Shown here: positions 40,185 through 54,449 of the stretch, in pieces | Numbering within the stretch: the stretch's first letter is position 1 | Layout of the letters: each line of letters begins with the position of its first letter | Source of the DNA: the human T2T-CHM13v2.0 reference genome, Homo sapiens | Length of the DNA stretch: 64,000 bases | NCBI RefSeq assembly: GCF_009914755.1 | Contig: NC_060939.1 | Strand: one strand, 5' to 3' | Program-made: the position numbers and the translations under genes | The notes under the pieces: generated by a model | Seen by the model: the letters and a program-made list of their open reading frames with translations, nothing else | Databases searched by the model: none | What the model was told of the DNA's origin: nothing

Positions 40185-41815
40185 TTAGTACTTTGAAGAT
40201 ATTCTTCTGCTGTCTTCTGGCTTCCATTGTTTCTGTTGAGAATTCAGGTATCAAAACTATTGTTCCTTTGAAGATAATGTGCATTTTTTTTTTTTTTGAG
40301 ACAGAGTCTCTCCCTGTGGCCCAGGCTGGAGTGCAGTGGCACCATCTCGGCTCACTGCAAGCTTTGCCTCCTGGGTTCACGCCATTCTCCTGCCTCAGCC
40401 TCCTGAGTAGCTGGGACTATGCCCACCACCACACCTGGCTAATTTTTTTGTATTTTTAGTAGAGACAGGGTTTCACCGTGTTAGCCAGGATGGTGATAAT
40501 GTGCATTATATTTTTGTCTGTGGTTATTTGCAGTTGTACTCAATATTTACTTCTAATAAAATATGGTGATATCATATTTACACTTCTTGACATCACAGAG
40601 CTTCCCTAAACCTGTAAATTAATATCATTCATCAGTTATGGAAAATATTCAGGAATTATCTCTTTAAATATTGCTTCTGCTTCATTCACTATTATTTCCT
40701 TCTGGAATTCCATTTTATGTTAGATCTATTGAGTGAGCCTCATATTTCTTAGTGTTCCTTTCTGTATTACTTACTGTTTGCTCTCTGTGCTTAAGCACAG
40801 AGACATTCAGTTGACTTTTCTGCTAGCTCACTAATTCTGCTTACTCTTATGTACAAATTTCTGTTACCGATACTGTATTATTTAGTTCTAGAATTACTCG
40901 TGTGCTTTATAAATTGGGAACTCTACTCATCCTCTCTGTTTTTGGCTTTTTTCTCCATGTCCTTAAACATATATATCAAGCTATTTAAAAGTTTTGTTAA
41001 CAAACTTCTATATCTGGATCCTCTGTGGGCCTATTCCTTTTGATTGTTTTTCTCTTGATTTTCAATCATGTGAGCCTCTGTTTTGGCATGTCTAAAAATT
41101 ATTAATGTAATGGATACTGTTTCTATAGCTTGAAGACTCCAGGTGACATTATTTTCCTCCAAGGACCATATACCTCTCCCTCCTTTAGGCAAAGAGAGTA
41201 ATAGCTGCTCACACAAATCTAATCACACACTATGCTATATTGATTCTGTGTTGTAGTCAAGGTAAGGCTCAATCTACTTTCTCTTTGCCTTTATTTAAGG
41301 TATAAGCCTCCAAGATTTTCACCTAAGTCTGGTGTGTTCACTGGATCTCTTCCCCATAGTGAGCTCTGAACTCTAATCTTTATCTTTTGACACTATGAAG
41401 ACTGGTGAACTCTGTTGTGTATTTTTCAGAGGACTTCTGTTAAGGTTTTTTGCCTCCCCACTCCATATAGTCTCAGAATTCAGTTTCCCTAGGGGAAACA
41501 TTAGCCTCATGTTAAAGGACTACCAAGTTTCTTCCAGAAGTTCTACTTGTTTCTTTACTGTCTAGTAGCTGCCTACCACTAGTGAAAATTCTGAATTTTT
41601 AGCTTCTTGCAGTACCTAAAACCAGCAATGGAACCTAGTTTAAAAGAGGCTGCAGAGGTCAACTCACTTTTTCACAGTCCTCTCCATTCTCCTCTGTGCC
41701 TCAGCAGCCCTCTACTACCTTCTTACTGATGATTTCTATATTTTATCTGGTTTTTTTAGTTGTTCTCTATAGAAGCTTAATATGCCACCAACTACTTCAT
41801 CCAAACAGGAAGTGG
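40185..41815 (-). mobile_element. Old L1ME/HAL1-type 5' region inserted in L2
   Basis: ctttgaagatattcttctgctgtcttctggcttccattgtttctgttgagaa (ORF1, minus strand); terminates aaacaggaagt. Confidence 0.7.
40284..40494 (-). mobile_element. AluY, 5'-truncated, with TSD
   Basis: TSD gataatgtgcatt at 40273-40285 and 40495-40507. Confidence 0.95.
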
Positions 41816-42060
41816 TGGTCTTTCATGTAACCTTTCTAACAAATCTGAGTATCTCCTGCCTCAACCCTCCAAATATCTCACACTGCTCCTAGAATAAAAA
41901 TCAAATACTAGCCTACTTAACCCTGCATGTCTGCCTGCTACCTTTCCACTCTACTTTTCATTCCCTTCACACCTCCAAGCCCACTGCACTGCAACCAAGC
42001 TGATCTAGTTCCCATCCCTCAGTCAAGGTCTTGGCTATTCCCTCCTTTGGATGTGTTGCT
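41815..42060 (+). mobile_element. L2 fragment
   Basis: ctttctaacaaatctgag...ctcctagaataaaaatcaaatact...ggctattccctcctttggatg. Confidence 0.6.
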
Positions 42061-42164
42061 CAAAAAGCCTCCTAGAAGAAGAGTCTAGCATGGCAGTGGT
42101 GGCCTTCAATCTGATCCCTTGGTTTTGGATAGGGGTGGGGGGACTCCTTTATTTTCTAGTACTC

Positions 42165-42290
42165 CTCGGGCAATTACTAGATGTACAAACCTCAGAAAAT
42201 GTATTAGTCTGAGTCTCAATACCTGTATCTGTAAATTGAGGAAATAATTTAACGTTTTTTTTGAGGATTAAAATAGGTACTGCATTTTTA
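42165..42290 (+). mobile_element. MIR fragment
   Basis: tctgagtctcaatacctgtatctgtaaattgaggaaataat...tgaggattaaa. Confidence 0.65.
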
Positions 42291-43399
42291 AATGTCTGCC
42301 TTTACATGATTGTGGCCTTCCCTCTTTATCCAAAAGAAAATCAGCCAAAAAGGAGCATTCCCATTAGGAAGACTGGCTTTATTTCTATGGCAATATTCCA
42401 TGTCCCTTTTCCCACTCCTCAGCAAGGTTTGGCCTCAGCAGTCAGATATGTTTTGAGACATTGCTGTGACACACAAACATTTCCATCTTAACAAGAACCA
42501 TGCCCCCACTTAAGGCCAAGAAAATGGTCTTGTTACAAGCCATTATTACTTGGATGAAGAAGAAGAAAAAATCCCTAGAAGCAAGTATATCTCATATTTT
42601 TTAAATATCCTAATCCTTGACTAACTGTAGTATGCCTCTAATTGCTTTTGCTTCTCATGTTTTATGTCCACTCTGTGGTTCTATTGTTCAAACATCACTT
42701 CAAGTGAAATTGTGCCAGCAAAAAAACGTAGCATCTCTGGATCCTTTTAGTCCAGCTGTGAACTTTAGACTTAATCTTTTAGGGCACTCTTGTCTGGTAA
42801 GGTTTAATTTACATTAAATTTTCTAAAAGGAAGGGCAGAATGGTCAAAGCGAGATAGCAAGACAGACAAGAGGCTGTCTTTCATAAATTAATAAGCATCA
42901 CCGACCGCCTTTCTTGACCCTTTAAACTCTGTGAAATTAATATAAGTAGACAACTAAGGCCCGCTTGGCCCCCCTAGAGCCTTGCAAGTTCACTTAAGCA
43001 ATCCAAGTTTCCTTAAAGTTTTATAAGCCAGCTTTTAGAGCAAGTCCTTTGTACTTATTACTGGTGACAGTGAGCATTACAGGAGCCAATGAACCTTACT
43101 GACTTACGACCCCAATATGGTCGAGCACTGTTATCAGGGGAAATATCAGAATCAATGCTTGTATATTACATTGAGGTCCTGACTTCTGAAAGAGTCCCCT
43201 ATAGACCCTTCAGAATATGTCAGTGAAATAAACAGCTAATACTCCAAGACAGTCTACTGACAATGGCCAGACGGTGCTGTTTATTTAACCACTTTTCAAC
43301 CATCCTAACCCTTCCAAAGAATACGTTTCCAAAAGAGAGAAAAAGGAAACAAAATGTTTCATGTTCCCGATTCTTTTGCAATGGAACCACATTTATGCC

Positions 43400-43759
43400 T
43401 TTTTTTTCCTTACACACACACACACATATATATATATGATACTTTAAGTTCTAGGGTACATGTGCACAATGTGCAGGTTTGTTACATATGCATACATGTG
43501 CCATGTTGGTGTGCTGCACCCATTAACTCATCATTTACATTAGGTATATCTCCTAATGCTATCCCTCCCCACTCCCTCCACCCCACAACAGGCCCTGGTG
43601 TGTGATGTTCCCCTTCCTGTGTCCAAGTGTTCTCATTGTTCAATTCCCACCTACGAGTGAGAACATGCAGTGTTTGGTTTTTTGTCCTTTTGATAGTTTG
43701 CTGAGAATGATGGTTTCCAGCTTCATCCATGTCCCTACAAAGGACATGAACTCATCATT
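43400..43759 (-). mobile_element. L1PA (PA4-like) 3' end, heavily 5'-truncated, with (CA)n(TA)n tail
   Basis: tactttaagttctagggtacatgtgcacaatgtgcagg...catttacattaggtatatctcctaatgctatcc; approximate TSD catt(t)atgcc. Confidence 0.95.
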
Positions 43760-45287
43760 ATGCCCACTTTTTGAAGTAACACCATGTGTGGTTTTGCTGT
43801 GGGGAGCAGGGAACACCGTGCCATCTTCCTCCATGATTAATGGGCTTGCATTATTAAACAGCTACTGGTGGAAGGGGCCACAGGTACAACACCTTTTCTA
43901 CTGAGGCACCCAACGTGTGAACTTTCATTTGCAGCCAACATTTGCTGGAGGAAGGCTGAGCTCACCACCACATTTTACTTACTGAAATTAATCATGTCAC
44001 CACTTCAATAGTAACCTCTATTACATATCTAATTACCAACCCTGTGCACGGACTTTTTATGTAACTTTTAAAAATTTCTATTTCAGTCATGCTTAGATTT
44101 TTTAATACTTAAATGCTCTACCAGGCAAAGGACGATAATCTGTAACTATTGTGGTTATCAGAGTATACATTTTTATGGGTTTTTCCCCACAATAGATAGT
44201 CAAAGAACTAAGAAATTTTACTGGAATATCAAAAATAAATATGTAAGATCCTTTATATATGAAGCATACACTTTCCAGGTGATAGATGGATAGACTTGAA
44301 GACTTCTGCAGTCCTCTAACACTGGGATCCTCTCTCCTATTATTTTTTTATATTATATTCCCTATGATCACTATGCATTGAGCCATTCAAACATTTCCAT
44401 CTGGTAGAGTGCCAGTTTCTGAGGATTGGCAGGCAGAATGCACGAACACCACTTGTAACCTTCAGGCCCTTGGCATTGTACTCAAACAATCTGAGTAAAC
44501 CTCCCCAGAACCCCAGAATTCACTCCAAAAGTCAGAATTGCCAAGGGGTACTCAGCAGAGGATCAAAAGGTCTAGCCTCCCCTCTGTGATTCCAATAATC
44601 TTATTTTTGGCAAAAAAAAAAGTAATTCATATCAATTTAACTTTTTATTGGGCAGCAGGCATTATTTAATACTTCTCAAAGGAACTTTTTACAGCAAATT
44701 CAATGACTGACTTGCCTTAGGCATTTTCTAAAGAAACAATGCCCTTTGGACAGCAATGATCACACCTGGGAGTGGGCTGTGGGCTGAGCCCATAGATAGA
44801 ATGGATTTCTGTGGACAGTGCTGTAAAGTCCAGGGATCCCGCTCAAAGAGCCCAGAATGTGAGAACAGAGGAAAGTGAATCCTGGACAGCCCGAGGCCAT
44901 TCATGCTCAAGGCTCAAAATGTTCAAAATCCAGGCAAAGCAGGTAGAGAGAAGAGAGGAAGACCAAGAGCAAAAGAGAGGGTCCTACATCACCTCCAAAG
45001 GCAAGACTCAAAGGCACAGAAATTCTTCTTATTGATAGCCAAATTTGAGGGCAAAGGAGTAGATTGGATGAAAGCAGAGAATCAGCCCAGAGAAACCAGA
45101 ATTATCTTCACTATATCACGTATCTACTAAGAGCACCCTTTTCACTACCAAAAGTTCTCTCCAGGAAGGAAGGGACTTAACACATTATCACAAAGACAAC
45201 CTTACCTCTACAAAGAAGGCACAGTGTCACAAAGGATGGCCAAGGGCCTTCTAAACCACAACACAGGTGAGCTTTAGACTCCCCAAA

Positions 45288-45468
45288 ACAGTAACCATAA
45301 ATCCTGGCTGTTCATTAAGAGGACCTGGGGGACTTTTGAAAAGTACTAGGGCCAAGGACCCCATCTCAGGCCAAGTGAAGCAGAGTCTCAGGGGCTCTGG
45401 TGCAAGCACTGGCATTTTTTAAGTCTTCCAGGAGATTCTAATGTACAACCAAGGCTGAGAACCACTGG
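45288..45468. mobile_element. MER5B-type hAT MITE
   Basis: cctggctgttcattaagaggacctgggggacttttgaaaa...ggagattctaatgtacaaccaaggctgagaaccactg. Confidence 0.85.
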
Positions 45469-46009
45469 TCCAACCAAATCTTGATTTAAAGGGAAAAGAA
45501 GCAAAAGAGATTGCAAGTCATTTTCATTAAGATCACAATTAGCACACCAACCTTGCTGCCACCCCAGTGCCAGCCTGGCACATGCCTAAAACCTTTTGAC
45601 TCCACTGTCATCCAGCCCTCCTGTTTTTCATCAGAGAAACAAAGTGCATTTGTGAAATCAAATCCATTCTGAACACCCACAATTAATGTGCACTTCAGCA
45701 CAACCCTCCTGAGAATGGGTACTAAAATGACTTGAACCAAGTCACTTCTTTATTCTTTAAAGTGTCCTCAAAGGTTTTCAACACCTCCCTACACCACCAC
45801 CCCACAAAATACAAACCAAAATCAAAGAGACTTGAGCCCCTTTTATTCATAGAGGGAGTTATTTCCCCCAGCCCTTATCTATAGTTTTTCAGTTCAGCTT
45901 ATTAGATGCTGTTTCTCATCTGTACTCTGCCTTCTCTCTGATTGAAAAATGCCTACTTGTCTTTTAACAACAGTAAACAATAGCCAGGACCCTGATGCTA
46001 GATCACACT

Positions 46010-46190
46010 CTGGTAGATAATTCATTGTGCACAGCTCTGCGTTCAGCACTTTGTTTGTGGACATTTAAAGCTCACAATGACCCTACGGCACTACTATGCT
46101 CATTTATAGGTGTGGGCATGGCTCCAGGCCCTAGAGCTAGGAGATGGCAGAGCAAGAGTCCAGATTGGACTCTTTATCCTGATGCTAAAT
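46010..46190 (-). mobile_element. MIR
   Basis: tttaaagctcacaatgaccctacgg...ctcatttataggtg...gctaggagatggcagagc. Confidence 0.6.
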
Positions 46191-46469
46191 GCCCTTTGAA
46201 GACTCAAACGTCACTGCCTTTATAAAGCCCAGGCTTTCTCCTTTTGACAGCCAAGGGAGGAATCATTTATTCCTGCAGTATTCTCACCTCCTCCTTGCTA
46301 CATCTCAAATGGCATTATAATATAATTTATTTAAACATATGTATTTGCCACAAGATTATGAACCACATGGATAGACACTCACTTTTATTCATCTTTGCTT
46401 ATCCCAAAGCCAACACGAGGTACAGCGCATAATAGGGTCTCAATATCTGCCAGGTGAATGAATGAATGG
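46191..46469 (+). mobile_element. L2 3' end
   Basis: ttattcatctttgcttatccca...cataatagggtctcaata...tgaatgaatgaatg. Confidence 0.75.
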
Positions 46470-47405
46470 CCAAAAATTCACTCCTAAGAAAGAGTGCCTT
46501 CACTGTTAAAACCTAAGCAGTCTATTTATCACAGAAGCCCAGTACTCACACTTACATTTTTTTCCTTTCCCACCCCCATTTCGATAAAATAAAGAATAAT
46601 GGTTTTTTCACACAATCCCCGACACACACTTGCACTTTTTTTCTGCTTCAAAATGACAGTGGATGTTTGCAAAAGCCCCTGGAGTCTAGAAGGACATCAA
46701 TCACTTTCACAGCTGGAGTCGTAACACTTTCCTTAGAGGAAATTTTATGCAGCAAGCAGAATAAGCTTCATCCTCAGCAGGACAAGACAAAAGGTAGGTA
46801 AAAGGAAAGGCTGGCAGCCACCACCAGGCTTTTGTGCCACTAACTGGGGGTGGGGTGGGGTACATCAATTGGAACTTATTCTTCACCCCAAGGCTTGCCT
46901 GTTTGCCTTCCATTTCCCTTCTGAATTTGAGGAGGAGTAAGTACAGCACCATGAAACCAGCTCATAACAAAACAAGCACTTACCTCCATTGCTACTCAAA
47001 ACAAGGACACCACAGGAGAGTTCTCCAGGGATCTTTGTCCTTCCTTCTTAGGGCCCAAAATACTCGAGTTCAGCTGTCAAAATAGAAAGAAAAGGAAATC
47101 AGGAGTGTAGACTTCTGTTTCCAAATGACTTAGCATTTAACAGTCATGCTTCAAATGTTCCTTTAAATGAGGAAAGACTGACCAAGCAGGAGAGTCCATT
47201 GGGAAAAGTTTGGACAAACTATCATTTTCAAGCAATGAAATCATCATTACTATCTGAGAGCTATTTACTTCTAGACAAAATCTTGTCAACTCCCAAAATT
47301 ACAGACTAGAGACAATGGATTCACCAGCCTCCTTGAGCAGAGGCAGAATCAATTAATATGAGCCAAGCACTTTCTCAGCTTAGTACCCTGGTTGGCTGTT
47401 GGTCA

Positions 47406-47788
<383 letters not shown>

Positions 47789-48266
47789 AGGAATGGGGCC
47801 TTTGTGATGCAATAGGTCTTGATTCCAATTCCAGCCCTCATTTTCTAGCCGAGTCTTAATTTCTGCATGTAGACATCTCATACATGGCTCATAGGGAAAG
47901 AATTGACTGGATCTGGAACACCTATTTCATTATACGACTGAATAAAAGCTTTAATTACCTTATTGAAAAAAGGCCATTAAATTTAAATGTAATCATGAAA
48001 ATTTTATACCCGTTGGTTTTATCCAATGCATCTTGAAAATGTTGGTAATTCACATAAAGTTTCTGTTACATTTAGAAGACCTTCACTATTTTATCCAAAG
48101 TCTGCCCTTCTGAATTTAAAACATCCCAACAAAGGCAAAAATATCCTCTTTCTAATACCCTCAACAGAAATGTGCATAAAACAGGAGAAACTTGAGAGCA
48201 CTGTGGGTTACAATAACCTGATTATTTTAATTTACACTTTTATTTAACACCATGGGGGTTTATACA

Positions 48267-48295
48267 CTACTCGGGAGGCTGAGCAGGAGAATTGC
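48267..48295 (+). mobile_element. 29 bp Alu micro-fragment
   Basis: ctactcgggaggctgagcaggagaattgc, Alu right arm with a 1 bp gap. Confidence 0.8.
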
Positions 48296-48639
48296 ATCCA
48301 AGTAACACATCCAAGTGAGATTTGGAAGGGCTGAGACATATGCCTTGGAAAGTGAAGGGCTATTAAGGATATTGACTCCTTCACAGGCAGAATCATTTTA
48401 GGAAAGCTGGAAGTGGAAGACTTGGAAATGGATTCTTAAAACTCTCGATATATGTGAACTTCCTAGACAACCACATCTACCAGGGGTATGTGCATACACA
48501 TTTATAGACATCAAGTGTCTTTAGAGTTTTTGTATTTGCCATTCAATCTGCCTAGACTAGGTTTGCACCACTTATCTACTTAGAAAATTTGTACTCGTCT
48601 TTGGGGACACAGTGCAAATATTCCTTAGTCACATACCAC

Positions 48640-49070
48640 TACCATGGTCATGGAGGCTGGAGAAATAGCAGGTCCTGTGTTATGTGAAGAAAAAATAATA
48701 GTCAATTATGCCTCCAAGACTCCTCCCCTAACAAATGGATTAATGGTGGTACTATTTCTTGCTATGGGGAAGACTAGAAGGGGAGCAAATTTAAAGGACA
48801 AGATCAAGAGCTTAATTTGAAACAGATTAAGACTGAAATACCCATAGACTCTCAAATGGAGAATTTGAGTGGACTGTTGGCTATTCTAGTAAGGGAGTCT
48901 GTACTCCACACTAGTAAGGTCAAGTTTGAAAATATGAATTTAAAAGTCACTGCATGTAGAAAGTATTTAAACCAGAGACTGCGTAAAATCACCAATAAAG
49001 AAACTGTACAGTAGAAAAAGATGAGAACCAGGAACTGCTCCTGGGAAATTCCTACCTGATTAAAGAAAAA
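48640..49070 (-). mobile_element. L2 internal fragment
   Basis: tggtggtactatttcttgctatggggaagactagaagggga...gatcaagagcttaatttgaaacag. Confidence 0.75.
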
Positions 49071-50888
49071 GGATATCAATATGAGCGACATATTCAGACA
49101 GGTGAAGCATTCAGTAAACAAAATATATCAAATTTCTCTGGTCTGGAGATACATTTTTTATTCTTTAAATTTGTATTCTTTATTCATTTTTATTCTTTCT
49201 TTAACACTTTCTTCCTGAATTACAATTAACAGTGGTTTTTGCAACGTGTTTTGCAGAGAAAAGGAAAAATGCTTTCATTCCAGTAAGTAAACATCATTTT
49301 TCTAAATTATTGCTACAGTTTAGCCACAAAAGCATCTTTCTTTATGCAAATATGCTAAATTCATAGACAGGAATAGGCAGTTGTATGATTTTCTAGTGCC
49401 ACCTGTGAATACCCATTATCAAACCACTACTTTGCCTACAACTGTATTCCCTCTCGTATTCCCCAAAAACAACATAAAATAGCCTTCCATGGAATTTTAA
49501 TTATACTACCTCCTTTTTATAGTTTGGTATTAAGACCTGTTTGTGCACTTCACTGTGATCAGAAAAACATTATCAAAGAAAATTTTCTTCAGTTTTCTTC
49601 TCGTACATAGAGATTTCATAGACTCCATGATTGATTAATAATGTCTCCCCAGCAGCAATGTTCCCTTAAGTCAGTAACAGATTCCAGCTTGCTTCCTAAG
49701 ATCAGGAAAATTCATGGAGTCTGGAAAGGCCTTAGGATTTGGCTGCAAAAGACTAAGGTCTTCTGCAGATGGCACTTCATCTTACAGCTGGAAAAGAAAA
49801 ACTTATAAGTCCTCCAATGATTAATTCATAGTGAAGAATCTATTCTTGTCCTCCCTTTTCAGATTTACGTTTTGGAGATTGAATGAAAATTATCCTGACT
49901 TGAGTTCCCACCACATATCTACCCCTACAAATTAAACAACATTATCTGAAGGCTTGTGAGTATCTCTATGCTGAAACAAGCATAACCTGTTAGTTTGCCA
50001 ACCTCTCCCTTCTGCTGAATGGCTAACACCAGGCCTGAAAGCAGACACACAGTAACTAAGGGTTATGTGTAAAGACTCGTGATGAAAACTTGAAAATAGT
50101 CATTGTCTGTCAGTTGGAAAGTGACTGACTAAATTTGATATAAATTTGAGTATCATGAAGTAATTAAAATTATTTAGATCCCCTAGCACCCAGATTATGG
50201 TCTCTAAATACCATTTCCCATTAAAAAAACAAACCAGGGTTTCTAATTCCAAGTCTGGAGCAGGAAATGGACAAGATAAACCTATAATATTTTGTGTGAG
50301 AAAATAAAAAATACTCAAACACCGATAGGATTGAAAAGACACAGAAGCTAGCTTGAAGAGTCTCCCACTGGCCAGAGAAGGTACAATTTTAGCATAAGAA
50401 TGACTGCAATGGATTTAAACCTATTAAATATATTTCTATGAGTTAATAGTTACATGATTTTTTTAAAAAAACTCATTGTTCATCTTCAGAGGATGTTGGG
50501 TCACTAACTCCTTGTTTTGAAAAATGTGAAATAAAAGAGAAGAATCAACATTTATCCAGCCTTTCCTTGTAAGCTCTACCTCAAGACAATCCAATAGTTG
50601 TTGAATGGAAGTATCTATTTACAGAAGCATTTGAGCTGCTAAAAAAATGTAATGATAAAATTAGAATAACATCATGTTGCAACTCCTGGTGAACTAATGG
50701 GTCTAGACAACCATCATCAACAGGCTGTTAAAATCACAAAAAGAGAGACAATCAGACATCATATGCCCCCTAATGGAAATATACAATACCACTGACTAAA
50801 TAATTTTGAGAAAAAAAAAAGAATATGAATCAGACCAAGCTTCTAGAGCCATCAATTTACAAAAAATTGGATTCATTAGAATATGTTA

Positions 50889-51013
50889 TCCCAGCATGGT
50901 GGCTCATACCTATAATCATAGCTACTCAGAAGGCTGAGGCAGGAGAATGACTTGAGGCCAGGAGTTCAAGACCAGCCTGAGCAATGTAGCAAGGCCCCTT
51001 CTCTTAAAAAAAT
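50889..51013 (+). mobile_element. FLAM (free left Alu monomer)
   Basis: Single monomer with a short A tail. Confidence 0.8.
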
Positions 51014-51020
51014 GTTTTTA

Positions 51021-51308
<288 letters not shown>

Positions 51309-51390
51309 TTAATCTAAAAATAAAAACAGAACATACCAACTGACACTATAAGAATGTAATCCACAAATCTACATTAGGAAATTATATGGC

Positions 51391-51775
51391 AATGCTACTC
51401 ATAGTGTGATCCATTGACCAATGCAGTCCACAAACTGCTTACTACTGGCCCACAATGAGGTAAGTATAGAAACTGAGATTAATAAGCACACAAATTACAA
51501 ACATTTGCAAACATGGATAGCAATGTAACATTGTAATCTGATATTCAAGCCTCTGGTCAGTGCACTCATCTCACTGAACAGAGTATGAGCCTGTTTAGGC
51601 CACCCCAACTCATGTCTAACTCCTGAGATGAGTCAGGTGTGCTGTGAAACATTTATTAATTTAAAGTAATAGGACCATGTTACAATGTGTATTAGTTTAA
51701 GTGCAATTTGTCAACTGTAACCCAAAATTATATAAAATCTAGAATCTATTTTTTCATCAAAAGATAATTTAAAGT
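51391..51775 (+). mobile_element. hAT-Charlie transposon, left part
   Basis: caatgctactcatagtgtgatccattgaccaatgcagtccacaaactg is a Charlie-type terminus. Confidence 0.6.
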
Positions 51776-51995
51776 CATAAAACATAACAATTATTGCCAG
51801 GGTATAGGGATGAGTGTGGGAATAGGGAGTGATAACTTATGGATGCTACGAGGAAACTTTTGTGTGTGGTAGATATGGTCATTATGTTGATTGTGGGGAT
51901 AATCTCACAAGTATGTACATATGACAAACTCATCAAATTATATTCTTTCAATATGTGCAGTTTATTGTACATAAAATATAGTCAAGAAACTTAAA
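51776..51995 (+). mobile_element. L1M (MD/ME-type) 3' end
   Basis: ttatgttgattgtggggata...aaactcatcaaattatattctttcaatatgtgcagtttattgta. Confidence 0.75.
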
Positions 51996-52019
51996 GCAAA
52001 AACAAAAATGGGGCAGTTT

Positions 52020-54215
52020 TTATGTGCTTCTGCTTAGGATATAGAAATCAGCAAAGAATGTCACTCCCTCATTAACAGAAAAACCTGAATAATCTATTAA
52101 AAATATAGATTTTCATGAACCCATCATAAACCTTTGGTCACTAGGCAACTAAGTGAACCATTTTCCATGAGTGACAGTCCTTCCAAGGAGATATTAGACA
52201 TATGGACTGTTCACATTTGGCAGAGCCTGGGAGGATGTGGTGGTCACCATATAAGCCTGTAAGAAAAAATCAGATAAATTTTAATGAACTCTTAAAGCCC
52301 AAGTGTGGGCTAGCATGTCGGTGTGGAGTCGCTGGGGACTCCAGACATAAGGGAAGTCTGCAGTTGCTCACGAGCTCTTCTCCAAAGGCCTCCACTAGCC
52401 TCTCATGAGAAAGACTGGGGATTGGGCAGTAGTTTGAGAAAAGGCTCCTGTGGTGACACAGGCATGCAAGCATCAGGAGGTGACCTATGGAAGCAAAAAG
52501 TCATACACAGAACTTCGCTTTCATTCCCGTACCCTTTCCTCCTATGAATCAAAAACCTTAAGCCACAGGAAGGACATTATGTCTTTTCATCCACAAGGGC
52601 ATGGACAAAGATCCATAGTTTCTTAGAGAGAAGTGAAAGAAAAAGGTGACTTCCTTTGAGGAAGGGGCCAAAAACACTTTTCCAGGGCACAGGCAAAGAT
52701 CTCTTGCTGCTGTGAAAGAGACAGAATCAAAACTCTCTACCTCTGAAAGGGAAAATAAGCAGTCTTGGGGAAGGGATCTTACACTAATCCAAAGCATAGG
52801 TTTGTGAAGTTCTCCGTTGGTAGTTTTATTTTGTTTTTAGCACTGGAAGAGCATTATTATCATTTCCATTTCAAAACCAATTACAAATACAAGAGGTGGT
52901 ATGCTGGTAAATATTTAACTAGCAGTTCTCCAGGAGAAAAAGCCCAGATTTGCAGTGTTGGCCAATTTCCATGGTGTAAATATTCCAATATTCCTACTAT
53001 GGCCTGTTTGAAGCTACCACATGGCTTCACCAAATATGAAGTTGGAAAGAGAGGCTTATAACTGGCTCTCATGAGCCTATATGCGACAGCTCTAGCACAT
53101 AATTGAATACAAAACAGAGTTTAACAGACCTCCTTCTACCCTCCCACCACGCTTCTGGCATGCAGAGATAGCTGATAGAAAATGTAGAAGGAAAACTAAT
53201 AAAAACTCTTCAACATTTGAGCCCCAACTCTAAACACAAGGTAAAAGCAGCCTACTGCTACAAAAATGTGAACACTTAGATGCACTGATGGTACCAACAA
53301 TAACAACAAAACCCAAACCCAGATCAACTTCTAATTGGATTAGCTCAACCCCTCACACTAACAGCCTGGCAGAAAAAGTATAACCATTTCCGGGCATAAA
53401 TACTTTTACCTCGAGTCTAATGTTCTATACAAAATGTCCAGCATTCAATCAAAAATTTCAAGACAAATAAGTAAGGAAAATCTAATAATTTTCAAAAGGC
53501 AAAGCAATCAATAGGCCAGATGTTAGAACTACTGAACAAGGAGTTTAAAGTAACTATGACTAATATTTTAATAGATTTGTTAGAAAAGGAAGACAACATA
53601 TATAAATAGGTGGAGATTTTTAAACTATGAGAAAGTCAAAAGACAATGCCAGAAATAAAATCACATAATAGCAGAGATAAAGAATTCCTTCAGTGGGCTT
53701 GTCAATAGGCTGGACACAGCTGAGGACGTAGTCTTGAAAATAGATCAGTAAAAATTATCCAAACTGAATCATAAAGAGAAAAATAAAAAAGACTAAAAAA
53801 ACTCATTACTCCTAAGAGCTGTGGGACAATATTAAGATATCTAACATTCATGTAATTAGAGTTCCAAAAAGAGTAGATAGAGGAAACACATCAGAAGAAA
53901 TATTCAAAGTGATAATAGCTAAGTGTTTTCGAATAATAATGTAAGAGATCAATTACAGATCGAAGAATCTCAGAGAACCACAAGCAGGATAAAAATAAAA
54001 CTCCCTCTCTCACACACACAAATACACACCCCTAGATATATTATGATCAAACTGCCAAAAAGCAAAAATTAATAGAAAATTTTAAAGGCAGTCAGAGGCT
54101 AGAGGAAAAAAATAAACATTAAGTACAGAGTAAAAGAGAAAACAGAGATATGAATTGTGGCAGAATTCTCAACAGAAATCACGAGTGATATTTTTAAAGT
54201 ACTGAAAATATCATC
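52020..54215 (+). mobile_element. Old L1M 5' UTR and ORF1, broken at about 54215
   Basis: ORF1-like gagctgtgggacaatattaag...tctaacattcatgtaattagagttcca...gaatctcagagaaccacaagcaggat...tttaaagtactgaaa. Confidence 0.8.
52893..53105. mobile_element. MER63A-like hAT-Blackjack MITE
   Basis: gtggtatgctggtaaatatttaac...tttccatggtgtaaata...ggctctcatgagcc...ctctagcaca. Confidence 0.75.
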
Positions 54216-54398
54216 CCAGAGGTCAATAATAAATGGAAATATCTTACTTTTTATGTGACTATTTTAGATGTGTATTTGTATACTTACGTTTACAAAACCT
54301 AGACAATTCCTTACATAGAAACTCATAACCTGTTTTTCAATGTTTTCTGAGAGATGTTGAATATCAGTGACGATGTCTTTACTGTTTGTTCCCTTTAG

Positions 54399-54449
54399 CT
54401 TCTCAGAATAATCACTGTGTTGACACCAACCAGGAGCTGCTGGCCATTG
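54399..54449 (+). pseudogene. SLC26A11: SLC26A11-like pseudo-exon A (51 nt)
   Basis: ccctttAG|cttctcag...gccattg|GTaaga; open frame containing the SLC26/SulP D-x-NQEL motif. Confidence 0.88.

Noticed and set aside
49336-49410. Oct-Sox composite and CTCF-like motifs
   Set aside because: The octamer ATGCAAAT is present, but the Sox half and the CTCF 5' positions mismatch; within chance expectation.
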